Shown here: positions 62,888 through 64,000 of the stretch, piece by piece
Layout of the letters: every line of letters starts with the position of its first letter
Position numbering within the stretch: the first letter of the stretch is position 1
Virus record (IMG/VR): IMGVR_UViG_3300034161_000018
Coordinates: 128,001 to 192,000 of that record
Strand: one strand, 5' to 3'
DNA: 64,000 nucleotides
Origin: a virus
Lineage: Duplodnaviria; Caudoviricetes
Notes under the pieces: generated by a model
Told to the model about the DNA's origin: nothing
Databases searched by the model: none
What the model saw: the letters and a program-made list of their open reading frames with translations, nothing else
Made by a program: the position numbers and the translations under genes

Positions 62888-64000
62888 ATGCTGCTGTATA
62901 GCCAAACTGCGGAATTGCGGGCGATCAGAACTCTGACCTCCCCAAAAATTGACGAGAGCGTCAGAAGTACGTGGCTAGGGCAGCTTAGTAAGGATTATTT
63001 TCACTTCGAGCCTTGCCAGCGGGCATTTGAACGAATCGACAAGTTGGCGAAAAAACGTTTCCGCATTATCTCTTTCAAGGCGCTGATTGAAGACCCAAGC
63101 CTCGACGAAGATATGCGGGACGTGCTTTCGACAATGAGCGAAAAGCCCGCAATCAAAAAGAGCCAGCGAAAAGAAACATTAGAAACGCTGGATAACTACC
63201 GCAAGATTCGCATCCTTTATTACGCTGCAAAGGACACGCTTGAAGCAATGGGGGAAACGGAAGTCGATGTTGATTCCCTCCTTGAAGAACACGCGCAGGC
63301 AGTAGCTCGCGCAAACATGAAAGGAGCACACGAAGAATTTTTCCTAAACTTCGGCGCCCACGATAGTTCGGACGCAATCATCGGCGACATTCTCGCTGGC
63401 AAGATTCGTCCGCGTATCAAGTCGGGCTTTCCGGAGTATGACGAACGATCAGGCGGCTTGCCTGAAAACGGCGTCATGATTATTGCGGCAACAACGTCGG
63501 GCGGTAAGTCCACAATCGCAATGATTATTTCCAAGATCATGTACCTCGTAAACAAAATGAGCGTACTGCGCATCACCTTGGAAATGCAGGAACTGCAAGA
63601 AACGCAACGTTTGTTTTCCAACCTCACTGGCATTCCACTTCGCCGGTTCACCCAAAACAAACTGACGATGGCCGACAAGGCATTGGTCAAGCGTAAGCAC
63701 AAAGAGTATGTAGCTCACGGCAAGAAACACGGCATCACCTACACAACTATTTCCCCGAAAGGTGAAATGACAATCGACGGCGCGCTGCGGATGGCAAAAC
63801 CATTCGGGCACAAAATCATTGTGATCGACTATCTCGGTTTGCTGGACGGCACCGATGGCGACGATCAGTGGAAGGCGCTCAACGCCGCTGCCCGAACTGC
63901 GAAAAACTATTCGCGTGAAACTGGCGCGCTGGTTATTCTGTTGGCTCAGCTTGACGATGCGACGGACAAGTTGCGTTACGCTCGCGGTATTAAGGAACAC
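62888..64000 (+). CDS. dnaB: DnaB-like replicative helicase (partial, runs off window end)
   Basis: MLLYSQTAELRAI..., SGFPEYDERSGGL, Walker A AATTSGGKS, TLEM, VIDYLGLL, LLAQL; not in ORF track. Confidence 0.92.
   Translation, partial: MLLYSQTAELRAIRTLTSPKIDESVRSTWLGQLSKDYFHFEPCQRAFERIDKLAKKRFRIISFKALIEDPSLDEDMRDVLSTMSEKPAIKKSQRKETLETLDNYRKIRILYYAAKDTLEAMGETEVDVDSLLEEHAQAVARANMKGAHEEFFLNFGAHDSSDAIIGDILAGKIRPRIKSGFPEYDERSGGLPENGVMIIAATTSGGKSTIAMIISKIMYLVNKMSVLRITLEMQELQETQRLFSNLTGIPLRRFTQNKLTMADKALVKRKHKEYVAHGKKHGITYTTISPKGEMTIDGALRMAKPFGHKIIVIDYLGLLDGTDGDDQWKALNAAARTAKNYSRETGALVILLAQLDDATDKLRYARGIKEH

Noticed and set aside
1-64000. tRNA/rRNA genes, chimallin/PhuZ or multisubunit phage RNAP genes
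   Set aside because: No cloverleaf or rRNA signatures and no recognisable motifs for these proteins in this window.

Overview
This 64 kb window looks like part of a lytic jumbo-phage genome. Genes are densely packed and mostly hypothetical, with ATGA/GTGA overlaps, many Rho-independent terminators, and no host housekeeping genes, integrase, tRNA or CRISPR array. The resemblance to large Pseudomonas/Ralstonia-type myoviruses is inference only. It encodes a bacterial-style replication/recombination set: DnaB helicase (partial), DnaG-like primase, DnaX-like clamp loader, gp32-like SSB, GyrB and a CTD-less GyrA 25 kb apart, RecA, RuvC, SbcCD, a 5'-3' flap exonuclease, a Cas4-like nuclease and an HNH nuclease. 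It also encodes a sigma factor lacking region 4, a second divergent sigma-like protein, a Tad2/DUF2829 anti-defence sponge, and many histone-H1-like basic and poly-acidic disordered proteins. Main novel signals: (1) four sigma70 promoters, each bracketed at fixed spacing by an imperfect 23-bp inverted-repeat pair (a ~113-bp cassette family); (2) a TnpB homologue whose three RuvC catalytic acids appear lost, with no transposon context, directly downstream of a ~720-bp hairpin-rich non-coding region, i.e. a candidate domesticated RNA-guided DNA-binding system; (3) a 10-mer AAACTGTAAA found at least 15 times, always co-oriented with transcription, the probable target of the phage sigma factor; (4) two further apparent pseudo-enzymes, a LigA adenylation domain and a DNA methyltransferase. 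All alignments were made by eye against remembered family motifs; no database searches were run.
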